The notes beneath the pieces are model-generated. The model had not been told where the DNA came from, made no database searches, and saw nothing but the letters and a program-made list of their open reading frames with translations. Shown piece after piece: positions 9,793-19,598 of a stretch of DNA of 64,000 bases (its first letter is position 1; every line of letters starts with the position of its first letter). The translations under genes and the position numbers were made by a program. Source of the DNA: Candidatus Omnitrophota bacterium (GTDB lineage: Bacteria; Omnitrophota; Gorgyraeia; Zapsychrales; Zapsychraceae); contig JADFXT010000002.1 of the NCBI GenBank assembly GCA_015233405.1, positions 68,451 through 132,450 of the forward strand, written 5' to 3'.

Positions 9793-10642
9793 TCCTTTCT
9801 AAATATTCCCCATAGGAAGAATGCAAAGGGCTCGAGAGCTTAAGGAGTTGATTCTTTGTGATATATCCCATGCGATAAGCGATTTCTTCGACGCACCCGA
9901 TTTTAAGGCCTTGGCGTTCTTCGATGATTTTTATGAACAAAGATGCGTCGAGCAAGGAATTGCACGTTCCTGTATCAAGCCAGGCAAATCCGCGCCCGAA
10001 GAGTTCTACGTTTAATTTTTTTCTTTTAAGATATACTTGATTGAGGTCTGAGATTTCCAATTCGCCCCGTTTGGATGGTTTTAATGTTTTAGCGATCTTA
10101 ACGACATCGTTGTCATAAAAGTAGAGCCCGGTCACCGCCCAATCGGATTTAGGGTTTTCCGGTTTCTCGACGATATCAATGGGTTTTCCTTTTTTATCAA
10201 AATAAACAACACCATAGCGCTTCGGGTCTCTGACTTTATAGCCGAAAATGGTCGCACCTTCCTTAAAGTTTTTATTTTTGTTGAGTAGTACGCCAAGCTT
10301 GTCGCCATAGAAAATATTGTCGCCTAAAATAAGCGCAACTTGATCGTTGCCGATAAAGTTTTCCCCGATGAGAAATGCCTGGGCGATTCCTTTGGGTTCT
10401 TGCTGCGGCAGGTAGGAAATGTGGATGCCCAGAAATTTCCCGTCGCCAAACAGATTCTGGAAATTGACAAGGTCTTTCGGGGTAGAAATGATCAAAATTT
10501 CACGAATGCCTGCTAAGAGAAGAACCGATAAAGGATAATAGATCATGGGCTTGTCATAAACTGGCAGCAATTGTTTGCACACACCTTTGGTGATGGGATA
10601 CAATCGCGTCGCCTTCCCTCCTGCGAGAATAATGCCTTTCAT
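9776..10642 (-). CDS. rfbA: glucose-1-phosphate thymidylyltransferase
   Basis: [18 protein letters not shown]...[17 protein letters not shown] is the canonical RmlA N-terminus. The 288-aa length fits the family. Confidence 0.9.
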   Translation of the reverse strand: MKGIILAGGKATRLYPITKGVCKQLLPVYDKPMIYYPLSVLLLAGIREILIISTPKDLVNFQNLFGDGKFLGIHISYLPQQEPKGIAQAFLIGENFIGNDQVALILGDNIFYGDKLGVLLNKNKNFKEGATIFGYKVRDPKRYGVVYFDKKGKPIDIVEKPENPKSDWAVTGLYFYDNDVVKIAKTLKPSKRGELEISDLNQVYLKRKKLNVELFGRGFAWLDTGTCNSLLDASLFIKIIEERQGLKIGCVEEIAYRMGYITKNQLLKLSSPLHSSYGEYLERIAENE

Positions 10643-10656
10643 GACAGGTCCTTTCT

Positions 10657-12366
10657 TTAATTGAATTGCTTAAAGCGCAAGCCGTTTTTATGTAAGACGA
10701 ATTTAAATAGTGTTTTAAGAATGTTGAGCCCATAAACAATGGACGGCCACAATTTTATCGACGAGGCTTCATCAAAATAACGCGTGCGGATAGGAACCTC
10801 TTCGAATTTCATGAATTTCAAAACGCCCTGGACAATGATCTCGGTATCAAAAACAAATCCATCGGAGTCGGCTTCAAAGTTTACGCTGGTTAAATACTTG
10901 CGGCTATACGCTCGAAATCCGGAATGATATTCCGTTAAATAAATCCCTAAGATGACATTTTCAAGCGCAGTTAAAAGAATATTGGCATTGTATTTCCAAT
11001 TCGGCATACCGCCTTCTAAGGCGCTTCCCTTCATCATGCGTGAGCCAAACACGGCATCGGCTTTTCCTTGTAAGATCGGTTCGATGAGCCGCGGAATCGC
11101 TGTCGGGTCATATTGATAGTCCGGGTGGACCATGACCACAACGTCGGCGCCTAATTCCAAGGCTTTTTTATAGCAAGTCTTTTGATTCCCTCCGTAGCCT
11201 GTATTTTTTTCATGACGAAAGGCTTTTAATCCTAAGCGCTTCGCCTCTTCCATCGTGTTGTCTTTGCTGACATCATCGACCAGAATAATATCGTCCACAA
11301 CATCTTTAGGAATATCGTTGATGGTGATTTCTAAAGTTTTTGCCGCATTATAGGCCGGAAGAACAACGACGACTTTCTTTTTTTTGTTTTGGACTTCTTG
11401 TTCTTCAGGAAGTTCTAATTCATGGAGATATTTCATTTGTCGGCTTTTACGCGCAAAGATCTCTATTTGATCGCCTAAGTCAAAGCTGATGGACATGTTT
11501 GCTAATTTAGGATGACGGTTTAAAAAGGTATTGATAAATTTTAAGGACGTTTTATAAGCGGTCAGATTTGAGAACCAATATCCGAGGGAAAAAGTCCTGG
11601 CATGGGAACGTGTCTTGATAGGGAAAAATCCCGATGCGATAAGAAGCTTCGATAATGTGGATTTGTTAAAATAGTAAAGGTGCGACTGCTTGATCCCCCA
11701 CCATTTGGCTTTTAATACGCGGCTAATGAGGCTGTTAATGTCTGGCGTATTACAGCAAATGACCCCGGAGGGTTTTAGGATCTGCCGGATCTCTTCAAGG
11801 ATCTCTTTGGGGTCCGTCAAATGTTCGATAACATCGGTCATAACCACAACGTCAAAAAAGTTTCTGGGAAATTGGGCTTGTTTAAGAGTCCCTTGTGTAA
11901 TATTGCTTAAGCCCAGTTTTTCTTTGGCATATGTCACTGCCCAAGAGGACAATTCAACGCCGTAAACTTCCCATCCTTGTTTGCGGGCCTCATCGAGGAA
12001 GAATCCTGACGCGCAGCCGATATCTAGTAGGCGGCCGCCCGGTTTTATTTTCTTAAGATATTTTAAAATGAAACGAGCAGAACTTCTGCGGCCTTCTTGC
12101 TCTTGGACATATTTTTCATCGATCATGCCAACGTAATTATCCGTGATTGTTTCTAAATCGAGGCGAGGATTAAGAAAAGAAAGCCCGCATTGACGGCAGG
12201 AAACAATGCGGATAGGCGCACCAACGGCATGGTCGGTTATTTTGTAATTTTCCGGTTTGAATTCTTGGTCAGTTTTTAAACTGTCATAGATAATCTGATA
12301 AGAATTGCTTCCACATAAATGACAACGGACTTCATCGAACATGAACCTCTCCTTATTTGGCGGCAT
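10657..12366 (-). CDS. fusion protein: Zn-ribbon plus class I SAM methyltransferase (N-terminal) and family-2 glycosyltransferase (C-terminal)
   Basis: The CHLCGS...CRQCG pair forms the Zn-ribbon. [12 protein letters not shown] is SAM motif I. Then come [32 protein letters not shown] and [13 protein letters not shown], which are GT2 signatures. Confidence 0.75.
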   Translation of the reverse strand: MPPNKERFMFDEVRCHLCGSNSYQIIYDSLKTDQEFKPENYKITDHAVGAPIRIVSCRQCGLSFLNPRLDLETITDNYVGMIDEKYVQEQEGRRSSARFILKYLKKIKPGGRLLDIGCASGFFLDEARKQGWEVYGVELSSWAVTYAKEKLGLSNITQGTLKQAQFPRNFFDVVVMTDVIEHLTDPKEILEEIRQILKPSGVICCNTPDINSLISRVLKAKWWGIKQSHLYYFNKSTLSKLLIASGFFPIKTRSHARTFSLGYWFSNLTAYKTSLKFINTFLNRHPKLANMSISFDLGDQIEIFARKSRQMKYLHELELPEEQEVQNKKKKVVVVLPAYNAAKTLEITINDIPKDVVDDIILVDDVSKDNTMEEAKRLGLKAFRHEKNTGYGGNQKTCYKKALELGADVVVMVHPDYQYDPTAIPRLIEPILQGKADAVFGSRMMKGSALEGGMPNWKYNANILLTALENVILGIYLTEYHSGFRAYSRKYLTSVNFEADSDGFVFDTEIIVQGVLKFMKFEEVPIRTRYFDEASSIKLWPSIVYGLNILKTLFKFVLHKNGLRFKQFN

Positions 12367-13822
12367 CTATTTTAGAGGCAAGCTTGGTTAAAATATAGAC
12401 CATAATACCTAAATAAAGTAAAAGTGGCAACAAGGTTAATAAAGATAAAGCCGGATTGCTTAGCCATCTTGAAAAACAGTTTATAAGGAAGAATCCCAAG
12501 TTAAAGCTTATTCGGCCGTTTAAAATCGCCGGCAGGCACCAATCCTGTAACGGTCGGGCAATTAAATGGGGAATAAATTCAGGATTGACGGCTGTTCCCA
12601 TTAAAATATAAATAAATGAGATCAACGCCAGCGCCTTAAAAAGAAGCAACATAAAAGGACGGTGTGAGAATCCGTTTAAAAAAAAGATTATCGGAAATGT
12701 TAAGAATGGCAAAATAGGAATCAGATAGCGCGGCCCAAAGCACCATCCTGAATACCAACCGAAGTAAGAAGAAAACCATAAGATATACGCTAAAGATAAG
12801 AATGTAAGTAAAATCCCCTCTTTTCTCAGTTGGCGTTGGCGAAAAAGAAAGCATAATCCAACAAAGGCAAGTGCCAAGAATGGAGAAAAATAAAAAAGTC
12901 CTCTATAAGGGCTGAAGGTGATTCCATATAAGTGCGCGACGTTAAAGGAACTAATGTTAATCCCAAATATGCCCTGTTTTGTTTTTGCATAATATTCCGG
13001 GAACCAGCAGTAATTATACCCAAGATGAAAAATGTTTTGAAAACACAATTTGTTGAAGATAAAAAGAGGAATTAATGACAGAAAAATGCCAAGTCCATAG
13101 TAAAGCAGCTTCTTTTTTTGGTCCAGGATCGTCGTCAGATAGACGCTTAATCCGATTAAGATTAGCCCTGTTTGATATTCACTGATAATCGAGTAGCCGG
13201 CTAGAATACCTGCTAGTAATAACGGAAAGTTTTCAAAAGCTTTTTTCCTCTTCATGTCGAAAATCATCCCGAAGCTTATGAAGCTGCATATTGCAGCGAT
13301 ATGGTGCCCATGAAAAAGAGTTGAGTAAGGGAATGCTAGCGTCGCCAAACCATATGCTAGGGCAAGCCAAAGTGCATAAATTGTTTTTTTGGCGAAAGAA
13401 TTGATGAATCTAAAGAAATAAATAATAAAAAGAGCCGATGGCAAAGAAACCGCCAGCAGAGTTATCAATGATGTAACAAACGTATTATTGGGGTCTTGAG
13501 GTATTGGTAGATGCAGGATGTTTGCTGCTGATTTGATAATAAAATAAACAGGGATTCCAAGGAATACTCCGCCGGGAGCTTTATCAAGATAAAAATGTTC
13601 TTTGAAATAAGCTTTGTCTCCGGTGTTCTCATGATAATCGTCAATTTGTAAGGTCCCTTTTTCAGCTACGGCATAAACAAAATCAAACCTCACCGTCGTC
13701 CCCCATCCTCCTCTGCCTTGAAGAAAATAGGCGTAAGCAAAAAAGATCGTACAAAACAACAATATTTCGATTCGCTTTTGTAAATTCATAGATTTAAGCA
13801 TCAATTCGCGTTTTTTGTCCAA
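12353..13822 (-). CDS. polytopic membrane protein, putative GT-C glycosyltransferase
   Basis: 489 aa and multi-TM. The first extracytoplasmic loop is acid-rich, with IDDYHENTGDKAYFKEHFYLDKAPG (compare the DKPP motif of ArnT/PMT_2 proteins). The gene overlaps both neighbours. Confidence 0.5.
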   Translation of the reverse strand: MDKKRELMLKSMNLQKRIEILLFCTIFFAYAYFLQGRGGWGTTVRFDFVYAVAEKGTLQIDDYHENTGDKAYFKEHFYLDKAPGGVFLGIPVYFIIKSAANILHLPIPQDPNNTFVTSLITLLAVSLPSALFIIYFFRFINSFAKKTIYALWLALAYGLATLAFPYSTLFHGHHIAAICSFISFGMIFDMKRKKAFENFPLLLAGILAGYSIISEYQTGLILIGLSVYLTTILDQKKKLLYYGLGIFLSLIPLFIFNKLCFQNIFHLGYNYCWFPEYYAKTKQGIFGINISSFNVAHLYGITFSPYRGLFYFSPFLALAFVGLCFLFRQRQLRKEGILLTFLSLAYILWFSSYFGWYSGWCFGPRYLIPILPFLTFPIIFFLNGFSHRPFMLLLFKALALISFIYILMGTAVNPEFIPHLIARPLQDWCLPAILNGRISFNLGFFLINCFSRWLSNPALSLLTLLPLLLYLGIMVYILTKLASKIDAAK

Positions 13823-15390
13823 ACATTGACAAATTCTTCATGAAAACCAATATGGTAGCCCAGTTTTATAAGAAATTCATCATAATTATCAGTAATGGTC
13901 AGGATAAATTTAGGGCGATATATTTGCAGATAATCTTTTAGATTCAAAAGCGTGACGCTTTTCTCCGGCGGTAAAGACACGGTCGGTCGATTAAGTGGAA
14001 AAATGCCTTGAATATGGTCGGTGGCAATTAGATCTGTTGGCGTCGAATGCTCTTCGATAAAGTGAAAGGCGGTCAGGTCTTGTTTTTTATAATCTTCCTG
14101 CTGAAGGACAAATTTTTTGTCATAAAAGTAAATATTGCCATGAAATACATCCTTCATATAAATGGTCAGCAGAATTGTGACAGAAATAAAGAAAATGGTT
14201 TTTGGGTGGATGAATTTAAATCGTTCTTTGAGAATTTTTCCAATGCCTTGTGTCAGAATTAAAACAAGAGGAATAATGGCCACATAGGGTATTAAAGAAT
14301 AACGTAAGATTTCAATTTTCGACAGGAAATAGAAATTTAATGAATAGCCAAAGATGTTGCCAGCGAGCAGCATCAGCAGAATAATTTCAACAGGATTTGT
14401 TTGATAAAAAATGTAGAAAATGATCGGGATAATAAGAAAGGACATCCCTCCTAATTGATCAAGAAAATCTTCGATGTGGTGAGGCACGTTATGGATAAGG
14501 AGCGAAAGTTGATCCAGCGTATTTCTTTCAGGCATGTTAAGAATGGGCGTCCCTGCTGTTTTATAATAGGCCCCGGGAAATCTTTCCGCTAAGTTGAACG
14601 TATACGCTGCCCGGGAATACGCGGGATAGAATTCATGGTATCTCAATACGCAAAACAGCTCATACAAAAATAGCGGCAGGACAAGCCCTAAAAAGAACAA
14701 AAACAATGATCTTTTGTTTATGTTTTTAACAAGATGATGAATAAAAAGTAGCGCTAATAAAATAGAAAAAATGACGTAAAGATTGGCGAAGCGTGTTAAA
14801 CAGTTGATGGATGATATGGCGCCGGCAATAAACATTTTCTTCCCGCTCTCCGTTTCCAGCCCGGAGAGCAGAAATAATAGGCTTATCAGTAAAAGAAAAA
14901 GATGAAGTTGCTCCGTCCAGGGGAAGACTGATGTATGGATCATCGACGGACTAATTCCTACCAGAATCGCTGACCAGAACGCTAAACTCGGATTGAATCT
15001 TTTATGTAAAAGTCCATAAAGAATAACGGAATTTGCCGCTGAGAGAATAACGTTAAAGATGTTTATGGCTGCGATACTTTTAAAGATATAGAAAATAGGA
15101 ATGATGACGATGCTAAACAATGGTTGCATATAGGGCAAGGCCGGATAAAAGACGTTGCCGGACCATTTTTGATAAAGATTGTAGGAAATGACCGGTCCGT
15201 GCCCGGAAAGGATATTACGCATGATGTCCAGATAGCCGCAGGCATCTGCAGTAATCCTTCCAAATGATGCAGGAAGAATCTTAGAAAAAAAACATAAAGA
15301 AAATATTAAAAGGATATTAAGAAAGATTGAGGAACGGTTTCGTTCTCTTTGATTCTTGGACATATGTGTTTTTGGGCGGTTTAATGGCAT
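13801..15390 (-). CDS. ArnT/PMT_2-like GT-C glycosyltransferase (paralogue A)
   Basis: 529 aa. The first loop is RITADACGYLDIMRNILSGHG. Shared blocks with the next gene are YMQPL, WTEQLHL, RFANLY and RPTVSLPPEKS. Confidence 0.55.
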   Translation of the reverse strand: MPLNRPKTHMSKNQRERNRSSIFLNILLIFSLCFFSKILPASFGRITADACGYLDIMRNILSGHGPVISYNLYQKWSGNVFYPALPYMQPLFSIVIIPIFYIFKSIAAINIFNVILSAANSVILYGLLHKRFNPSLAFWSAILVGISPSMIHTSVFPWTEQLHLFLLLISLLFLLSGLETESGKKMFIAGAISSINCLTRFANLYVIFSILLALLFIHHLVKNINKRSLFLFFLGLVLPLFLYELFCVLRYHEFYPAYSRAAYTFNLAERFPGAYYKTAGTPILNMPERNTLDQLSLLIHNVPHHIEDFLDQLGGMSFLIIPIIFYIFYQTNPVEIILLMLLAGNIFGYSLNFYFLSKIEILRYSLIPYVAIIPLVLILTQGIGKILKERFKFIHPKTIFFISVTILLTIYMKDVFHGNIYFYDKKFVLQQEDYKKQDLTAFHFIEEHSTPTDLIATDHIQGIFPLNRPTVSLPPEKSVTLLNLKDYLQIYRPKFILTITDNYDEFLIKLGYHIGFHEEFVNVWTKNAN

Positions 15391-15448
15391 TATGGATCAG
15401 ATCTTTTTATTTTAATTCAATGTGTCTTATGATTGCTATAAGTAATGT

Positions 15449-17038
15449 TTATTTTTTTAGCGGATTGTACACTGCTCCCTTTTTGATTCGTAAAAGCCTA
15501 AATGTTCTGTTTGAGAAAATTTGTTCATGCGGGATTCGATTAAAACATTCATTTGATGTATCTGAGGAAAGAAGATAATAATCTGGGGCGTAAATTTTAT
15601 TATAGAGGTTAAGATTATGACAATTATAAGATTCCCCGGGCGGTAAAGAAATAAACGGGCGGTGCATCAGATAGGCTTCTTGGTTTTCGTCGGAAGCCAC
15701 TAAAATTTCTTTGGGTAGGTTTTGGTCGATCCAGCTAAAACTTTTCAGAAAATCTTTATAATAAGGGGATTTTGTTTGAGGGTAATTTATTGCAAAAGGA
15801 TAAAGAATCCGTTGTATTCGAGCGTAATAGCTCTGTAGGGATAAAAAGGTCAGGACAACCAGAACGCCGATGGCAAAAAGCTTCCTCCATTTTTTAGGGG
15901 AGCGGAAGAAAAGTTCATACAAACAAAGCCAGCCGGCCAGGGCGGTTAGAATATGGGGAATCAATGCATAGCGTAAATAATCAAGCCAATCAAGAAGAAA
16001 AGAATATCCTACAATGACAAAAAGGCTTTGACAGAGGCAGTTGAGGATAAAATAACGTTGCTCGATGTTTTCGCGGGGTATTCGGAAAGCCAATGCTAAA
16101 GGAATGGCGAACAAGGAAAGGTGAAGTAGAAAATTTTTCATATGATCAAGAAAAAATGATTGGTGTTTAACGGCTGCCAAGGCCGTCGGTGGAATACAAA
16201 TTCCTGGCGGAAAACGATATGTTGCTAGAGCTGTTTTACTTGCGTAGTAATAATTTGCCCCGGGCTGTGCGTATTGAGGATACAGCGAGTGGAAAAAAAT
16301 TAAATTGAGCAATTCATATGATCCGAAGATAAGAATAAATCCGCTGGAGAAAGATATCAAAGATTTCAATCTGTCTCGAAATGGCTCCCTTCCCTCCTGT
16401 CCGATTAAAATGACCAGAATATACGCAGCGAAATTGTAAAGATGCGCGAATCTGACCAACATCATCAGGCCGTTTAATGCGCCCAACCAAAAAAGGATCC
16501 GTCGGTGGGCGGAAAATTTTATAAAAAGAATAAAGCTTATGATAAACAAAAGAAGATGCAATTGTTCCGTCCAGCAGGCCAGAGCAGAAATAAAGAAATG
16601 AAAAGAGAATATTAATGAGAACAAGAACAAAATGTTTAAACGAGTACGGATAAGGCTTTGAAGAAGAAAGAAAATCAGGGCGGAATTTATTCCTAAAATA
16701 AAAATATTGACGCGAATGACTTGGGTAATTCCTCCATGAGTAACAAATAAGGAGCATAAAATTGGATAAAGCGGCTGCATATACGGCCAAAGCGGGTGAT
16801 ATAATCCCGTAAAACAGTGGTAGAAATTATAACTGACGACAAATCCTTTGTGGTTGGCGATATTTTCCGCGATGTTTAGATAGGTGCTTCCATCGGCGGT
16901 GTTCCATCGCATAAGGGCAAAATCGGCGAAAAAAAGATAGACTCCGATAACGATAATGGAAAAGATAAAGAATGAAGGAGAAAACCGTTGAAAGAATTTT
17001 CTGAGGTTGCTTTCAAAATAGGCCATTAACTTTTCCAA
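15449..17038 (-). CDS. ArnT/PMT_2-like GT-C glycosyltransferase (paralogue B)
   Basis: 529 aa. The first loop is RWNTADGSTYLNIAENIANHKG. Shared blocks are YMQPL, WTEQLHL, RFAHLYN and RPFISLPPGES. Confidence 0.55.
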   Translation of the reverse strand: MEKLMAYFESNLRKFFQRFSPSFFIFSIIVIGVYLFFADFALMRWNTADGSTYLNIAENIANHKGFVVSYNFYHCFTGLYHPLWPYMQPLYPILCSLFVTHGGITQVIRVNIFILGINSALIFFLLQSLIRTRLNILFLFSLIFSFHFFISALACWTEQLHLLLFIISFILFIKFSAHRRILFWLGALNGLMMLVRFAHLYNFAAYILVILIGQEGREPFRDRLKSLISFSSGFILIFGSYELLNLIFFHSLYPQYAQPGANYYYASKTALATYRFPPGICIPPTALAAVKHQSFFLDHMKNFLLHLSLFAIPLALAFRIPRENIEQRYFILNCLCQSLFVIVGYSFLLDWLDYLRYALIPHILTALAGWLCLYELFFRSPKKWRKLFAIGVLVVLTFLSLQSYYARIQRILYPFAINYPQTKSPYYKDFLKSFSWIDQNLPKEILVASDENQEAYLMHRPFISLPPGESYNCHNLNLYNKIYAPDYYLLSSDTSNECFNRIPHEQIFSNRTFRLLRIKKGAVYNPLKK

Positions 17039-18174
17039 ACCAAAGGAATCCAGTCCTTTTGTTCTTCATTGAAGAGGTTTTGTATGCAAATGTTATCTCC
17101 ACGGCAAGGTGGCGTTTCCGTGACATGGACGCATGGAGAACACGGGATCTTTTTATAGTAGACTTCTTCTAGGAGCCCTTCGATCGGACGCAGCCGCGTT
17201 TGAGGGTCTGTGGGTCCCCACCAGGAAGAGCTTTTGATCCTAAAAATTCGGGCATAATGAAGCAAAGCAGAATCAACTCCCCAAAACTCGTCGCTGGAAT
17301 ACAAAACAGACAAGCTCTCTTTTAAGCTGGTTTTACCGCACAGGTTTGAAAATGTGCAAGACGGAAAATCAGAGGTAACGGCGGCGATAATATTTTCCGC
17401 CAGCGGCTTATCCTTGCCGGAGCCCAAGAAAATTATTTCTGCGCCCGCATGCTTCGCAAGTTTTCTTAAGAAAATGGTCTTCCATTGCTCGGCCGTGAGC
17501 ATGCGTTCCGGACTAAAATCAGAACAGGCATGGCCGATACAAATCTGATATTTCTCTTTCTTTACTTTAGGCCACGACGCTGTTAAATGGTCTTTGCATT
17601 CTAAGGTTGAACAGGGACTGACGGAAAATAGCCCAAACGCTTTATCGTAAAAATGATATGCTCCGGAGAAAACATTGAAGTAAAGCAAGTGTGTGCTGAT
17701 TCCTTTACGCCAAAATGCCGATTCTCGATAAAATCCGATGCGGTTCCTGGCACACGTTAATAATGAAAAAATGGTGGATATGCGGCTGTGGACTTCCAGG
17801 TCGACAATGGTATCTGTTTTAAAAGTTTTAAGATACGCTTTAATCCCGCTCAGGGTAAAACTACTGATGGTGCTGCTATCAATCTCTAAAATTTCGTCGA
17901 AAATGTTTAACGTCTGGGCAAACGGGGCAACGTCTTTCATGGTGACCAGGCTTATTCTTACATCAGGAAATTTTTTTCTAAGTCCTAGTAAAGCAGGTAA
18001 GGCGATCACAAGGCTTCCTCCGCCGAGGATTTTAATGACAGTGATTTTATTTTTGATGGTCAGTGAATGATTAATAGGCAAGATATGTCCCAGAATGATC
18101 GTCAAAGGCTTAAATATGACGATCAGTAGGTTTCCTAAATAAAAATCAATAATTTTGATGATCTTTAATTTCAT
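17026..18174 (-). CDS. glycosyltransferase family 9 (heptosyltransferase-like)
   Basis: VIKILGGGSLVIALPALLGLRKKFPDVRISLVT and the C-terminal GVDSALLHYARIF...WWGPTDPQTRLRP match GT9 N- and C-terminal signatures. Confidence 0.7.
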   Translation of the reverse strand: MKLKIIKIIDFYLGNLLIVIFKPLTIILGHILPINHSLTIKNKITVIKILGGGSLVIALPALLGLRKKFPDVRISLVTMKDVAPFAQTLNIFDEILEIDSSTISSFTLSGIKAYLKTFKTDTIVDLEVHSRISTIFSLLTCARNRIGFYRESAFWRKGISTHLLYFNVFSGAYHFYDKAFGLFSVSPCSTLECKDHLTASWPKVKKEKYQICIGHACSDFSPERMLTAEQWKTIFLRKLAKHAGAEIIFLGSGKDKPLAENIIAAVTSDFPSCTFSNLCGKTSLKESLSVLYSSDEFWGVDSALLHYARIFRIKSSSWWGPTDPQTRLRPIEGLLEEVYYKKIPCSPCVHVTETPPCRGDNICIQNLFNEEQKDWIPLVWKS

Positions 18175-18183
18175 GGAGGGTGT

Positions 18184-18753
18184 TTAAGGTTTGAGTGCTC
18201 GTGTGGAATAAACGCATCCACAATAGTTTTGTTGATAAAAGTGTTCGCGCGCTGTGACAGCCAAACTTTTTTGCTGGCCGCCCTCTTTTCTCCAATTGAA
18301 ATCCCAGAATAGGAGATTAGGATATTGGCTGGCGGCCCGCCGGCCGCTTGCATGAACTTGATTGATATCTTTCCACCTAGAAATGCTTAAAGAGGTGGCA
18401 AATAGGTTAAACCCGTTGTCCTGTGCGTACAAAGCACTGCGGACTAATCGCATATCAAAACAAACGCTGCAACGCTTTCCTCTCTCCGGTTCTTTTTCTA
18501 AACCCGTAACATTTTTAATCCAGAGATTTTGATCATAATCTCCGTCGAAGAATGGGACGTTATTTTTTTGGCAGAATCGGACTACTTCTATCTTTCGCCG
18601 TTCATATTCTTCTTTGGTGTCGATATTGGGATTATAAAAGAAAACGGTCATTGTAATTCCGGAATCCAAAAGCCTTTCAATAATGCCGCCACAACATGGG
18701 GCGCAACAGCAATGGAGTAAAAGTTTTTTCGCATTGTTCGGGAGCGTTAACAT
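18184..18753 (-). CDS. queH: epoxyqueuosine reductase QueH (DUF208)
   Basis: The LLLHCCCAPCCGG N-terminal cysteine cluster and the YCGCVYS C-terminal motif match the family, as does the size of about 190 aa. Confidence 0.8.
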   Translation of the reverse strand: MLTLPNNAKKLLLHCCCAPCCGGIIERLLDSGITMTVFFYNPNIDTKEEYERRKIEVVRFCQKNNVPFFDGDYDQNLWIKNVTGLEKEPERGKRCSVCFDMRLVRSALYAQDNGFNLFATSLSISRWKDINQVHASGRRAASQYPNLLFWDFNWRKEGGQQKSLAVTAREHFYQQNYCGCVYSTRALKP

Positions 18754-19598
18754 GATTTTAACGCCTCGGGAATAAGGTCGAGGATATCCGTCGGGATGAG
18801 TGAGATTTTTCCTCGTTTTTTCGCCGCCAAATCTCCGGCCTTGCCATGAATATAGGAGCCAAATTTAGCTGCATCAAAGGCGGATAATCCTTGCGCGACA
18901 AAGGCGGCAATGATCCCGGTTAAGACATCTCCGCTTCCTGCTTTGGCCATGCCGGCATTGCCGGTTTTATTGATATACGTTTTCCCATTGGATGATGCGA
19001 CAACGGTGTGATGTCCTTTTAGCAATAAAGCGCAGTGAAATTTTTTAGCAAAAATGAGGGCAATCTTCCGACGATCTTTTTCGACCTGATCTTTGGATAA
19101 ATCGGTCAACCTTGCCATTTCTCCAGAATGGGGAGTTAGAATTTTGGGAGTTGACGTTTTAATCAAGATGCTTGGATTTTTACTGATGGCGTTTAAGGCG
19201 TCGGCATCAATCACCAAAGGCTGTGTTGCTTTTTGGATCAAGGTGAAAATAAATTTTTGAGTGCTTAGGTTTATTGAGAGGCCTGGGCCTAAGGCAATTA
19301 CGGAATATTTGGTTAATTCTTTGGAAAGCTGAAGGAAGGCTTTATCGCTTATGGTCCCTTCTTTTGTTTCTTTTAAAGGAAACGTCATAACGGAATGGTT
19401 GATTTTCTTTTGGAGCGTTGTGTTAAGGCTTTCCGGGACGCCGACGGTGATAAGTCCTGCTCCACTACGCAGTGCCGCCAGGCTTGTTAAGGCCGCAGCT
19501 CCGAGCATACGCTTGGAACCGGCTAAGATAAGGACATGGCCGAAAGAGTTCTTATGGACGTGAGGATTATTTCGTGACAATTGCGTTGGCAACTGCAT
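18747..19598 (-). CDS. nnrD: ADP-dependent NAD(P)H-hydrate dehydratase (YjeF C-terminal type)
   Basis: Carries KNSFGHVLILAGS, LTPHSGEMARL and GNAGMAKAGSGDVLTG, the carbohydrate-kinase-like Nnr signatures. Confidence 0.8.
   Translation of the reverse strand: MQLPTQLSRNNPHVHKNSFGHVLILAGSKRMLGAAALTSLAALRSGAGLITVGVPESLNTTLQKKINHSVMTFPLKETKEGTISDKAFLQLSKELTKYSVIALGPGLSINLSTQKFIFTLIQKATQPLVIDADALNAISKNPSILIKTSTPKILTPHSGEMARLTDLSKDQVEKDRRKIALIFAKKFHCALLLKGHHTVVASSNGKTYINKTGNAGMAKAGSGDVLTGIIAAFVAQGLSAFDAAKFGSYIHGKAGDLAAKKRGKISLIPTDILDLIPEALKSC

Noticed and set aside
16314-16790. 158-aa alternative-frame ORF inside the GT-C paralogue at 15449-17038
   Set aside because: It lies in another frame of a gene whose main frame shows consistent TM periodicity and paralogue conservation. 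It has no independent support.
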